Virus record (IMG/VR): IMGVR_UViG_3300034072_001021
Coordinates: 62,001-126,000 of that record
DNA length: 64,000 nt
Strand: one strand, 5' to 3'
A program made the position numbers and the translations under genes. Shown here piece after piece: positions 27,330-37,196 of this stretch. How positions within the stretch are numbered: the stretch's first letter is position 1; each line of letters starts with the position of its first letter. The notes beneath the pieces are model-generated. The model had not been told where the DNA came from. It searched no databases and saw only the letters and a list, made by a program, of their open reading frames with translations.

Positions 27330-29210
27330 ATGAGCAGTCTCACCAACTACGTGTACGAACGCACGGTCGACTACATCCGCAACTCTGCGCGACAAAACGG
27401 CCTGCGTGACGAATACGACCGTTACATGGGCGCACAGAACTACAACAACAACGAGATGCAGAAGCTCGTTGATGTGATTGTCATCTTGGCCGAAGATGCT
27501 CTCCGTGGTTCGCGCACCGAAGCCGAAGACCGTGCCATCATCGCGGACACCATCGAGGCGGTTGTTATCGCCAACGTAGCGGCATTCGCCATGAGTGATC
27601 GCCGTATCAGTGACGCTCTGCCCGACGACATCTTCCGTGATGTTCAGCGTGCAGAGTCCGATTGGCGCCGTGCCTGCGAGAAGGCAGTCGCCATCTCTCG
27701 TGGCGGTTCTGCTCGTCCGGCGGGTTATCAGTCGAGCCAAGCTCGCAGTGCGTTGTTCGGTAACGTTCAGCGTGACAACACCAGTGTCTTCGGTAGCCGC
27801 AGCAATTCGCTGTTCGATCGCCAAGAGCAAGCCGCGCCGGCGCGCTCGAGCAGTATCTGGGACACCCCGAATACCCGCGCTACTCAACAACAGGCAGCTG
27901 CACCGGCAGGGCAGTCCGAATGGCCTGCTCGCTCGCGTGAAGAACCGGCCCGTCAGGCTCCGGTTCAACAGCCTGCGGAAGAAGTGCGTCAAAACGGTCC
28001 GGACATGTCCAAAGAGCGTCCGTACGATGACTTCTGGCTGGACGGTGAGCATTGGCAGCTTGCCCACAAGTCTAACTGGCAGTGGTCGTTCTCCCCCAAA
28101 CAACAAACTCGCCGCACCTATGACCCGGACAATGAAGTCTGCTTCCTGGTCAAGGACAAGACCGGCCATGTCCGTGAGGAGTTCCTTCCCGTGGTTGACG
28201 ATCTCGAAGAAGCATCGCATGAAATCCGCGTCTCCAATCGCCCGAACTCCCGTCTGGTGAGTGAGCGTGAAGAAGGTGATGCTTTCGTAGTGGGCAATGA
28301 CATCGATGCTGTCGATCTCGACGTCCTGGCGAACACTGCCGCGTACGTGCGCAAACAGCACATCGCTGAACTGGAAGTGGACAAGCCGGCGATCATCGAC
28401 ACCCCGCAGACCATCAGCACTGTGCGTGAAGCTGCTGTCCGCGTAGCCGGTGAAGCCGTTCGTAATGAAGCCGATGTGGTTGCCGTCAACAACTACATCC
28501 CGGTACCGATGGTGGCCGACGCCAAGACCCTGACGGCGCTGGAAACCATCACCGCGATCAGCGGTAGTGACTCCGACCTGGCCATCCTGGCCAAGCGCCT
28601 GCGTTCCCTGCGCGGTGTCATGGCGGAAAACGTCATGGACTTCATCGACGAGCACTTCACCAACGAAGTCAACGCTGCCCTGCGTGATCAGTTCGGTCTG
28701 ACTGTCAGCATCGACAGTTTCGTCAGTGACTTCGACGACCTGCTGGAATGCGGTACCTTCAAGCGCCTCGGTTCCGGAGCTGTGGCACAGTTCCTGTCGC
28801 GCACCCGTGCACTGCTGGCAACGCTGCAGTACGTCAACGATGCCGATTCCCGCGAAGAGCTGGTCGACGCCATGGATATCCTGCCACGTGCTGAAGACAG
28901 CACCGAACAGGCCTCTCAGGCGTTCGAAGACTTCCGTAAGACTGTTGCCATCATGTTCAAGCCGATGTCGGTTCTGCACGTGAAGATCGATTCCGACAAG
29001 TTCGGTATGGTCGGCAAAGAAGTACGCACCCCGCCCCGTCAAGGGCAACACGCAGACGTACCGCTGGCAACGGCGTTGACGTCCCTGTATCACATCGGTC
29101 GCAAGACCAGTGGTGCCGGTCATGTGTACGTGGTGACGGCTGACAACATCATGTTCGAGCTGGTTCCGATCAGCGGCGCGCGTGACGTCGTCGGCATTCG
29201 CCTGGCGTAA
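27330..29210 (+). CDS. conserved phiKZ-like hypothetical protein
   Basis: GGAG RBS; strong codon bias; Q/P/A-rich linker between two folded regions. Confidence 0.7.
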   Translation: MSSLTNYVYERTVDYIRNSARQNGLRDEYDRYMGAQNYNNNEMQKLVDVIVILAEDALRGSRTEAEDRAIIADTIEAVVIANVAAFAMSDRRISDALPDDIFRDVQRAESDWRRACEKAVAISRGGSARPAGYQSSQARSALFGNVQRDNTSVFGSRSNSLFDRQEQAAPARSSSIWDTPNTRATQQQAAAPAGQSEWPARSREEPARQAPVQQPAEEVRQNGPDMSKERPYDDFWLDGEHWQLAHKSNWQWSFSPKQQTRRTYDPDNEVCFLVKDKTGHVREEFLPVVDDLEEASHEIRVSNRPNSRLVSEREEGDAFVVGNDIDAVDLDVLANTAAYVRKQHIAELEVDKPAIIDTPQTISTVREAAVRVAGEAVRNEADVVAVNNYIPVPMVADAKTLTALETITAISGSDSDLAILAKRLRSLRGVMAENVMDFIDEHFTNEVNAALRDQFGLTVSIDSFVSDFDDLLECGTFKRLGSGAVAQFLSRTRALLATLQYVNDADSREELVDAMDILPRAEDSTEQASQAFEDFRKTVAIMFKPMSVLHVKIDSDKFGMVGKEVRTPPRQGQHADVPLATALTSLYHIGRKTSGAGHVYVVTADNIMFELVPISGARDVVGIRLA

Positions 29211-29213
29211 TAC

Positions 29214-29237
29214 GATGGGGGCCTTCGGGCCCCCATC
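29214..29237 (+). terminator. terminator-like hairpin with UUCG loop
   Basis: GATGGGGGCC-TTCG-GGCCCCCATC. Confidence 0.6.
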
Positions 29238-29283
29238 TATTATGAAAGCGTCTTCTTATTTTTTCTTTTATGGAAAACAGGCC

Positions 29284-30087
29284 ATGCTGAACAAAATCCT
29301 CAGGAATGCGTTCCTGCCAGAAGCGGTTACGTCTCTGGAATCTCTCATCCCTTCTCTGGAAGGTGAGGGTGGTGACGGTAGTACCGTTATCGAGCGGGAA
29401 TACGAGATCTACGGTCGTGTAGACGATCTGTCGGTACTCAAAGAAAAGGCTGAGCGCACTGAATACCAAGAGCAATGGGGTCTCCCTTGCAACGCGGGTA
29501 GCGAAGCTGGCATCAACGGTAACATCCGTGTTCGCATGACTCGTGAAGGCGATGATGGCGAACAGAAGTACACCATGACCATCAAGGTCAAGGGCAAGGA
29601 TAGCAACAAAGAGAACGAGATGGACATCACTGAGGATACGTTCAATATCTTCAGCAGCCTCGTTCCCAACGGTCTGATCAAGACTCGTTACATCTTCCCG
29701 GTGCGTGACACTGAGTTCGAACTCGAAGTCGACGTGTTCCATGATGCCGACGGTAATGAGTGCAACATCGTCAAGATCGATCTGGAAGTTCCGGAAGGCA
29801 CTGACGTTAATGCGATCACCATGCCGTTCAAGCTGGAAGAGCCTCGTCTGATCAAGCCGGGTCAGAAGTCTCAGGAAGATCTGGACTACGTGCGCAAGCT
29901 GTTCAGCGAGCAATACGAGGTCAAGAATCCCCTCCATACTCCCAAGGAAGAGAGTGGCGAAGACGATCTGGGTGAAGAAGACGATACCTCCGCTGAAGAA
30001 GCAGATGACGTGAATGACGGCGCTGCTGAAGATGGTGAAGATGGTACTTCCGAGCCCGAACAAGACAACGCAGCATCGATCTCCTAA
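29284..30087 (+). CDS. CYTH-like (triphosphate tunnel) protein with S-x-E propeptide and acidic tail
   Basis: IEREYE, IRVR, YTMTIK, ENEMDI, KTRY, ELEVDVF and KIDLEV match the CYTH motif order; TSLE and PSLE at the N-terminus. Confidence 0.65.
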   Translation: MLNKILRNAFLPEAVTSLESLIPSLEGEGGDGSTVIEREYEIYGRVDDLSVLKEKAERTEYQEQWGLPCNAGSEAGINGNIRVRMTREGDDGEQKYTMTIKVKGKDSNKENEMDITEDTFNIFSSLVPNGLIKTRYIFPVRDTEFELEVDVFHDADGNECNIVKIDLEVPEGTDVNAITMPFKLEEPRLIKPGQKSQEDLDYVRKLFSEQYEVKNPLHTPKEESGEDDLGEEDDTSAEEADDVNDGAAEDGEDGTSEPEQDNAASIS

Positions 30088-30147
30088 GAGATACCGCATA
30101 GAACCTCCTACGACGCCGTTTAAAGCGTCGTAGGAGGCAATATGCTG

Positions 30148-30393
30148 TCATGCATCGTCACTGGATGAAACTAGCTTAAACAGGGTATCCAGGACGTTCT
30201 GGAGCAACTCTGTGTTTATCGGTTCACCCCGATAGACTTTGACGCCAGTGTCTGCAACGAATGCAAGAATGGCTACGCCGGCAATCGCGATCAAGAACCA
30301 GGATTTGAGGCCCAGTTTCTTTTCTGATTGTGGTGCTTGAGCGGCAGGAGTCTCCGCACCATTCTGTTCTTGAATCTCTTGATTATCACTCAT
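30148..30393 (-). CDS. small membrane protein
   Basis: Single TM (SWFLIAIAGVAILAFVA). Confidence 0.6.
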   Translation of the reverse strand: MSDNQEIQEQNGAETPAAQAPQSEKKLGLKSWFLIAIAGVAILAFVADTGVKVYRGEPINTELLQNVLDTLFKLVSSSDDA

Positions 30394-30399
30394 CTTGGT

Positions 30400-30858
30400 C
30401 TACTCTTTCTCTTCGCTGGATACTTCGATGATGGCATCTATAAGAGCCTGCCAACTTAAGTCGTCATGAGCTGAGAGTCGAAAGACCATGTTCAGTGCAA
30501 CGACGACAATGACACAAACAATCGTCGTCACTACAACGAACTTGGGTGACAACATAGCACGCCACAATTGAACAGTCGGATCGTCATGGTATTCATCGGT
30601 GTGTTTGACCACCATACCACCACCAACCGGCTGAGTAACACTGCAACGCGAGGGGTCGATCGTGGCTTTCAGGACGAGGTCTTTCACCTCATGTCCTAGA
30701 GAATCCAATGACCTCAATACATCATTGCCAGTCGAGTTCTCATTCAGACGAAACTCATTCTTGGCAAACAGGTTGATGGTATCCTTGACCACATTCCCCC
30801 AGGGAAACTCCTTGAGAGAAGATTCCCCAACAACTTTTATTACGTCAGACATTTGCAT
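30400..30858 (-). CDS. membrane protein
   Basis: C-terminal TM (FVVVTTIVCVIVVVALNMVF); operonic position. Confidence 0.6.
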   Translation of the reverse strand: MQMSDVIKVVGESSLKEFPWGNVVKDTINLFAKNEFRLNENSTGNDVLRSLDSLGHEVKDLVLKATIDPSRCSVTQPVGGGMVVKHTDEYHDDPTVQLWRAMLSPKFVVVTTIVCVIVVVALNMVFRLSAHDDLSWQALIDAIIEVSSEEKE

Positions 30859-30877
30859 GACGTGTCCTCACTAGGTG

Positions 30878-31462
30878 TCATCTGACGAACCCAGTTGCCT
30901 TCCTTATCGCCTCTCCGTGGGCTCTGGCTACTGCGATGGCATCGTACTCGTGTTCTGTCAGATTGCCTTTTTGAATGCCCTCTTTCCAAATCAGATTATT
31001 CAGATTAAGGACGCAATCCTTGATCGCATCCTTCTTCATGGTGAACTTCTCGGTTTGGACAGCTCGCTTCGCCTCCCCAGGCGAAACGCCATAGATGTCA
31101 TTACCCGAGTAGTCGTAAACTGCTTGGCGTATGAAGATCATCATTTCTGTCAGTGTCTCAAAACTCTGGACACGTCTAGGCATGAAGAACGGAGTCTCAA
31201 CGGCTACGTTGTGAGGATTATGGAACCATAGCTCTTTGCCGAGTTCTTCCTTGAGGATGTTCTGGCGCTCCCAGCGGCTGCCATGCGATGCAGTACTGAT
31301 ACGCCTTTCCCGTAGAAGCTTCTCGGCAATGAGTGTCCTCGTGTACAGGACAGTGTATTCGCCACCTCTAAGGTCAAGCTCCAGTACAGCTATCCCCAGA
31401 TTCGAGGAACCGTTGTCGATACCCATGATTCTGTAGATGAACGATGCATCTGTGAACTGCAT
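30878..31462 (-). CDS. ruvC: RuvC-like Holliday junction resolvase
   Basis: RIMGIDNG (D), VAVETPFF (E), VSPGEAKRAV and HEYDAIAV catalytic motifs. Confidence 0.85.
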   Translation of the reverse strand: MQFTDASFIYRIMGIDNGSSNLGIAVLELDLRGGEYTVLYTRTLIAEKLLRERRISTASHGSRWERQNILKEELGKELWFHNPHNVAVETPFFMPRRVQSFETLTEMMIFIRQAVYDYSGNDIYGVSPGEAKRAVQTEKFTMKKDAIKDCVLNLNNLIWKEGIQKGNLTEHEYDAIAVARAHGEAIRKATGFVR

Positions 31463-31488
31463 AAAGCCTGCCTTAGACAGCGAATGCC

Positions 31489-32361
31489 TTAGCCCAGTAA
31501 GGACATGGTCATGGTCGGGATTTGGTTGGTGGCCAGCAGCGGCTGGACGGCACCCACCTCGAGGTTGAAGTCGAAGCCCTTGCTGTTGTAGATCATCTCG
31601 TAGTGACCACTGATGATGGTCGCGATCTGAGCACAGATGGTTTCCTTGAAGGTCACTGCGCCAGCCGGGGTGTTGATCGAGACGTCTGCATCGACAGCGG
31701 TGCAGAAACCGAACTCGGAGATCACAGCCATGCGACGATCACCGAAGAGGATCTCTGCGACGTTGTACAGTTCTGCGACATCGGCTTCAGTGAACGGCAT
31801 CGGAATAACAGCACTGGTGGCCAGGTATTCGTTGCTGGTGGTCACTGCGCCAGTGTTCGGGATTTCCGGCGGGGTCGGACTCAGGTTGGCTTCGGTGTAT
31901 ACGTACTCTTCGATGACGGTTTGGTCGTCGACGATGGTACGTTTGGTCATCTTCGGAATGACGCCGGTCATGTTCAGACGCTTACCGTAGTAGGCGACGT
32001 AATTGGTGCCATCGACTTCGATGATCTTGCGCAGGCAGTAGCGGCTACGCTCACCGGCGGTCAGGTCATCGTTGATCGGACGGAGTACGAACGGCAGGTG
32101 ACGGTACAGACCGGCATCACCAGAGCTGTGGTCAATGACCTGGCTCAGCGGAATGCTGTTCGGGCCCATGGTGTAACCGTGGCCACCGATACCGATGGTG
32201 TAGAACTTCAGGGCTGGACGAGAACCAGGTGGCAACAGAGCGCCAGCCTGGATATCGAATTTCTGGTTCAGCGTGGTGTCTTCGAATTGCTGGAAGGGAG
32301 TGTCCAGGAAGGAACTCACCTGCAGGTAGTTCGACAGCTGAGTCGGAACGATCTTTTGCAT
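31489..32361 (-). CDS. virion structural protein (baseplate region, phiKZ-like)
   Basis: YTIGIGGH, HLPFVLRP..DL..ER.RYCLR, YVAYYGK pattern of phiKZ-like structural proteins. Confidence 0.7.
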   Translation of the reverse strand: MQKIVPTQLSNYLQVSSFLDTPFQQFEDTTLNQKFDIQAGALLPPGSRPALKFYTIGIGGHGYTMGPNSIPLSQVIDHSSGDAGLYRHLPFVLRPINDDLTAGERSRYCLRKIIEVDGTNYVAYYGKRLNMTGVIPKMTKRTIVDDQTVIEEYVYTEANLSPTPPEIPNTGAVTTSNEYLATSAVIPMPFTEADVAELYNVAEILFGDRRMAVISEFGFCTAVDADVSINTPAGAVTFKETICAQIATIISGHYEMIYNSKGFDFNLEVGAVQPLLATNQIPTMTMSLLG

Positions 32362-32411
32362 GGTGATGATGGCCTTTTGAGGTCAGAAGTAAATACGGTA
32401 CATACGATGGG

Positions 32412-33428
32412 TCACTGGTCCTGGATAGGCAGGTTATCGATCCGTACGCGTCTTAGCCATGTCTCACGGTTGTAATAACCGATGATCCACTGGCCTGCAA
32501 TGTTGGTGCAGTGGGTGTCAGAGAACTGGACGATCAGCAGGTTGGTGACCTTGGGATCGTTGATGTAAACATCGCCAGTATTCAGACCATTGTAGACCAC
32601 GCGGGCACCGTAAAGGTTGAACGGATTGGAGTTCTGAGTGAACACCCAAGCATCTGGGGAGATGGCTTTTGCCGACTCTACAATCCACTCACCGACCAGG
32701 TCACCCACCTTCAGGTTCTTCATGAGATGGTCATGATCGACGAACCGGTTGTTAGGCAGGATCATCTCAGCGGGCATTTTGGCGTGGTCGCCAGGGCCGA
32801 GATAACGCTTCACTTCCAGAGTGGTCTTGATGTTGCGGTCCAGGAACCGTACGGCTTCACGGATGTAGACATGGATCTCACCCATGTAGATCGGGTGTTC
32901 GGGCTTCATCCGGATGATTGCATCGTACGCAATCGGAGGAACGTAATCTGCACAGACGTCAGTTTCCAGAATACTGCCCATGTGATCTTGGAAGAGGACT
33001 TCGTTCAGATCTACCTGCTGTATTTCGACATCCACCAAATGAGCATCGAGAAACAAAGCATACTGTTTATTAAGTTCTTCCAAAATAACCGCTGGGGTGT
33101 ACTCGGTCGCATAGATCACGAACGGGACACTGGCAAACTTATCTTGGATAACTTCGCGCCGATAGGTCAACGTCATCGGGTCAGTCCATCCTGATTCAGG
33201 AGTGGGTCTGACTTCGATGGCAGTCAGTGTATTGGCCGGAGGGCGCTGCAGATTGTAGTCGTTCATGTGGTTGGGAACGATCTGCGGTTTGACCTCCGGT
33301 ACCGGCGAAGGTTCACCAAAGGTAATTTGCCACGACTCTACTGCAGTCTTGTTGGTCAGATTGAAGATATCCAACAGCAACTGAGCAGCAGGTACGGAGT
33401 AGCGCAGGGGGCGTACGTACATACTCAC
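32412..33428 (-). CDS. virion structural protein
   Basis: Operonic with baseplate genes; TAIEV...LTYRR and HPIYMGE paralog motifs. Confidence 0.65.
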   Translation of the reverse strand: MSMYVRPLRYSVPAAQLLLDIFNLTNKTAVESWQITFGEPSPVPEVKPQIVPNHMNDYNLQRPPANTLTAIEVRPTPESGWTDPMTLTYRREVIQDKFASVPFVIYATEYTPAVILEELNKQYALFLDAHLVDVEIQQVDLNEVLFQDHMGSILETDVCADYVPPIAYDAIIRMKPEHPIYMGEIHVYIREAVRFLDRNIKTTLEVKRYLGPGDHAKMPAEMILPNNRFVDHDHLMKNLKVGDLVGEWIVESAKAISPDAWVFTQNSNPFNLYGARVVYNGLNTGDVYINDPKVTNLLIVQFSDTHCTNIAGQWIIGYYNRETWLRRVRIDNLPIQDQ

Positions 33429-33429
33429 C

Positions 33430-34008
33430 TCAAAGTGGTCTTTCCAAGGACGGGAGGTCGCTCTGCAGTACTTGCGACAATGTCATCGTCGGGATGTTTG
33501 CAGTGCACTCCAGTACTGGAATATTTGAACTCAAAATACCGGCCAACGGGACGGGGTCTAACTGTCCAGCGTATTTGATCTCGATCTCACCGTACCATCG
33601 TAGTGATGTCGGTGCTGCTTTCAGGCGATTGTTGGAGAGATTGATAACCTCATCAACAAAGTCACGACGATCAAAGACGATGCCAGTCACTTTGGTTATC
33701 GCGTTAGCGACGTCATGACTGACAACCTCTCCCGGATAGTCCAAGTAAAACGGTTCATTGAACAAATCGCTCAGGTTGAGCCTGTCGACAGTGATTGTCC
33801 CTTCGGAGAAGAACTTCTTCTCCTCTACGTTGGGGAGATCTTTGCGTGCTTTCAACTTAACCTGAAGCGAACGTCCTACAGCAGAGGGTACACCGTCGAT
33901 CTCTACGTAACGCGGATTCAGCGTCGTCCCATGGACACCGTTAAACGCAATCAGCATCGCCTCGAAAGGTGGATACTTGAGCAACTGAACCAATGAAAAA
34001 TTAGGCAT
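33430..34008 (-). CDS. virion structural protein
   Basis: Operonic; DRLNL...SLRWYGE paralog motif. Confidence 0.6.
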   Translation of the reverse strand: MPNFSLVQLLKYPPFEAMLIAFNGVHGTTLNPRYVEIDGVPSAVGRSLQVKLKARKDLPNVEEKKFFSEGTITVDRLNLSDLFNEPFYLDYPGEVVSHDVANAITKVTGIVFDRRDFVDEVINLSNNRLKAAPTSLRWYGEIEIKYAGQLDPVPLAGILSSNIPVLECTANIPTMTLSQVLQSDLPSLERPL

Positions 34009-34009
34009 C

Positions 34010-34996
34010 TTACACCGCCCTATAGTCGATGGTCAGTTCGCCCGCATAACGGGTCGATTCTGGGTTGAAGTAGATTGTCAGTGTCTCCAATTCACCGGAC
34101 TGGATCGCTGAGTACGTCTCGACAATCACATCGGTGATCTTGATCTGAAATCCAGTCAACTCGGTGACCTTATCGATCATGTACTGTGTCGTAGGTACAG
34201 ACGGTCCTTCAACATAATGCTGATTACCGCCAGTAGACCACGCAAAGTCATGACGTGTATAAATGATCTCGATCTCGCCGATATGTACGCCGTCACCACG
34301 AGCGGTCAGGACAACCGACGTGTTATTGCGAGCGTAGCCACTGATGTTGACAGGCGTGTCGAACGAAAGGTTCTCGTACTCCAGCGGGTAACGCAGATCT
34401 GGGTTGGCTGCTGACAGCTGATCCAGAAGGAATACGCGATCGTCAACACTCTGCATGTCTGCAGCAACACGGAAGCCATCGATCGTTGTGGTCTGGAGCA
34501 CCTCAGTCAACTGTCGTTGGAACGGTTTGACAATGAAGGAAGTCGAGCCCTCAATGAATGCCATCCCTGGTATTGCACTGACTTCATAGACACCCAAGTC
34601 ATCGACATTACCATCGATAACCTGATCAGAACGATCATGAAGACCCAGTCGGCTAAAGTACACAGCCATCATTTCTTTTATGGTGGTCGGGAAATCGACC
34701 CGAATGGTGTTGCCGAAATAGTTAGCCACTTCGGACAACTTCACTCGTTTGTAACTGATTGCCAGCGAGTCCGTGTACGGCCAGAGACTGATGTCAGCTT
34801 TGGCACGAGACACGGATACCGGCGTTGTGACTTTGTTTGGATCTGACGGATCAGGCGTGACAGCACCGTGGACGAAACTCTTCGGATCGATTCCGGGCTT
34901 AAGCATGATAGAAAGGAGGCTTTGGAAAGCCTCCTCATCAGATCCCCTTACGACCCCTAGCCACAACTGGCCGGGATTAAGGAGCGGTGAAGTCAT
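34010..34996 (-). CDS. virion structural protein
   Basis: Operonic; two internal repeats ending YKR/YTR and FIEG/RYAGE. Confidence 0.6.
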   Translation of the reverse strand: MTSPLLNPGQLWLGVVRGSDEEAFQSLLSIMLKPGIDPKSFVHGAVTPDPSDPNKVTTPVSVSRAKADISLWPYTDSLAISYKRVKLSEVANYFGNTIRVDFPTTIKEMMAVYFSRLGLHDRSDQVIDGNVDDLGVYEVSAIPGMAFIEGSTSFIVKPFQRQLTEVLQTTTIDGFRVAADMQSVDDRVFLLDQLSAANPDLRYPLEYENLSFDTPVNISGYARNNTSVVLTARGDGVHIGEIEIIYTRHDFAWSTGGNQHYVEGPSVPTTQYMIDKVTELTGFQIKITDVIVETYSAIQSGELETLTIYFNPESTRYAGELTIDYRAV

Positions 34997-37166
34997 TAGT
35001 GGTTATCCTTTCGAACAGATCACTGATCGGTTTCGTCTCAAGCTGGGGGATTGCCACTACAGCACCATTCAGACTGGAAAGATCCTTAGACGGTTCAGTA
35101 ATGACTGCCATGGTGGCACCCAGCACTACACCGTTGCGGATGTATTGGTTCAGGCCAGACATCCCAAACTCGAGACCGATCTGAACTTCCATATCGTGCT
35201 TAGAACTGTGGTCGAACGAATGCAGTGAGATATTCGAGGCATCAATCACTGCTTTCAATTTGGCTTTGGCCCCCAGATCCTCGACTACTGCCTGAGTCAC
35301 TGGAAGACGAATGTCGTGTCCGACTTTACCACCCAAGTAGTGCCAACGAAGGTGAGGCCAATCAAACATGGTGATGGCAGCTTCGTTGATCTGCTGAATA
35401 TAGTGCACGCTGTAACTAGACAGTTGCGACATGATGTTCAGCATGGCACGCTGGATATCTTTCAGGCTCTGCGAAGTACGCAGCTCCAGACCAGTTGCCT
35501 GGTTAAGGACATCGAGCATAATGCCATCGAGTTCGGCTGGTGTGAATCCCTCGAAGTTCAAACCACGATCACGCAACCACTGGGAGTAGTTCTGACCATG
35601 ATCCAGATCAACAGGGATGTCGGCGTAGAACCGATCCGTCATTAACTTTATTTCAGCGTACTGGTGGAGATCCTCACGGAACACGTAAAGGTCTCTATGC
35701 AGTAACATCCGTTTTTGGATAGCTCGACACGCATTAAGGAACGAATCCACCGACACGTAGTTAGTGATGGTGACGTTGTCCCGAAGTGCTTCACGAATGA
35801 ACGCATCCGACGTGACTGCGCGAGTCGTCATCGACCGCAGTTCTTCAAACGTCGGTAGTGCCAGTCGTCTGACTCGTTTTGCCATGAGTCGAGGAATCTC
35901 GACCATATCCACACCTAGACGCAGCATGTAGAGGTACTGGTAAACGATGTACGCTTCCTTCATGGTCAGCTTGAAGATGTCGCTGCCATTAGGGAGTTGC
36001 AGAGTCAGTACGGTTTCGTAGAGCCCTTGGTCTGCCAGATAGATCCATTGGTTAAGCAGGATCTCAGACAGCGTGTAAGGTTCCGATTCCTTCAGGTCAA
36101 GGACGTTGGATTCCAAGACCTTAGTCGTAGCCTGAGCATTGAGGTTACGAGACATCATTGCAGGGATGTACTGCTCAGCCTCGATGATCTCACTCGGGTT
36201 AGACCGTGCCAGCGTGCGCTGCAGTTGCAGCATAGCGGGCGTATCCTTGATGTCCTCACCCAGTGCAGACGGAATGCCATTGAGGCTCTTACGTTCGTAC
36301 TGGGTGACTGGATCAAAGTTGACCGTGATGTCGCCGTCATTCTGTTGAATCGTGTAATCTGCCAGAGGGAAATTACGACGAGTCATGACGTTTTTGATGA
36401 GTTCCTGGAACGTCTCATCCTTACCGTTGTTCCGGATGATGTACCGGATGTTGCGGTAGAAATAAAGACGCTGGAATTCATTCATCTGGTCGTAGTACTG
36501 ATCCAGAGGACCAAACGACGCCAGATAACGACGGATATGGTAGCTGTGTGCCATGTTGGTTTTGGCATTCTCCAGCCGGATCGACTTGATCTGAGACGGA
36601 GTACCCATGCCAATGATGGCCAGACGCGCAGCAATAAAGAGACTGTTGTTAATCCGATAGTCTTCGTTAGCCCACCGGATGAACTGACCATTTATCCAGT
36701 CCTGAAGTTTGGGAATCAGGTTAGTCTCACGGCTTTCAACCAGAGTTCGGTCATAATACAGAATACTATGATCCGGCGCAGCGATTGCTGTGTCAACGTT
36801 TACTGGATTCAAGATACCGAGAATCAGCATCTTCTGATCAGGATACTTGGTGATGAGTTCTTTATAGTACCGTGAACCGTATTGGTACTCGCGCCACGTA
36901 GCGCGGTGGATGTCCATGTTCTCGACAGTGAATTCGATCTCTTCCTGGGTGTCCATGGAAGTGACGGTCATCATCTTGTCAGACGCATGATACTTGCCAG
37001 CTAGGTTCAGGTAGTATTTCCACGTCTCGGGTCGACCCTCATCAATCGAATAGCCGAAGTACGAGAGTCGATTATTGATGTGATTGCACGTGGCCTCATC
37101 TTTTACCACGAGCGTGGCAGCAAGCCTGACCACAGACTCATGGTAGATCTGATAACGAGTGCTCAT
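34977..37166 (-). CDS. baseplate wedge-like virion protein (phiKZ gp128-like)
   Basis: WKYYLNLAGKYH, IRLENAKT..AHSYHI, LYFYRNIRYI..NNGK motifs; divergent from the portal gene. Confidence 0.7.
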   Translation of the reverse strand: MSTRYQIYHESVVRLAATLVVKDEATCNHINNRLSYFGYSIDEGRPETWKYYLNLAGKYHASDKMMTVTSMDTQEEIEFTVENMDIHRATWREYQYGSRYYKELITKYPDQKMLILGILNPVNVDTAIAAPDHSILYYDRTLVESRETNLIPKLQDWINGQFIRWANEDYRINNSLFIAARLAIIGMGTPSQIKSIRLENAKTNMAHSYHIRRYLASFGPLDQYYDQMNEFQRLYFYRNIRYIIRNNGKDETFQELIKNVMTRRNFPLADYTIQQNDGDITVNFDPVTQYERKSLNGIPSALGEDIKDTPAMLQLQRTLARSNPSEIIEAEQYIPAMMSRNLNAQATTKVLESNVLDLKESEPYTLSEILLNQWIYLADQGLYETVLTLQLPNGSDIFKLTMKEAYIVYQYLYMLRLGVDMVEIPRLMAKRVRRLALPTFEELRSMTTRAVTSDAFIREALRDNVTITNYVSVDSFLNACRAIQKRMLLHRDLYVFREDLHQYAEIKLMTDRFYADIPVDLDHGQNYSQWLRDRGLNFEGFTPAELDGIMLDVLNQATGLELRTSQSLKDIQRAMLNIMSQLSSYSVHYIQQINEAAITMFDWPHLRWHYLGGKVGHDIRLPVTQAVVEDLGAKAKLKAVIDASNISLHSFDHSSKHDMEVQIGLEFGMSGLNQYIRNGVVLGATMAVITEPSKDLSSLNGAVVAIPQLETKPISDLFERITTNDFTAP

Positions 37167-37196
37167 TATTAAGGTTCCAAAGACAAGAGGTAGAAC

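Noticed and set aside
27225-29123. 632-aa minus-strand ORF (likewise 25682-26983, 31522-32475, 55525-56532)
   Set aside because: Antisense shadows of well-supported genes; no RBS or motif support.
30148-30858. Holin or spanin assignment for the two membrane proteins
   Set aside because: They are far from the endolysin, with no lipobox or diagnostic topology; left as generic membrane proteins.
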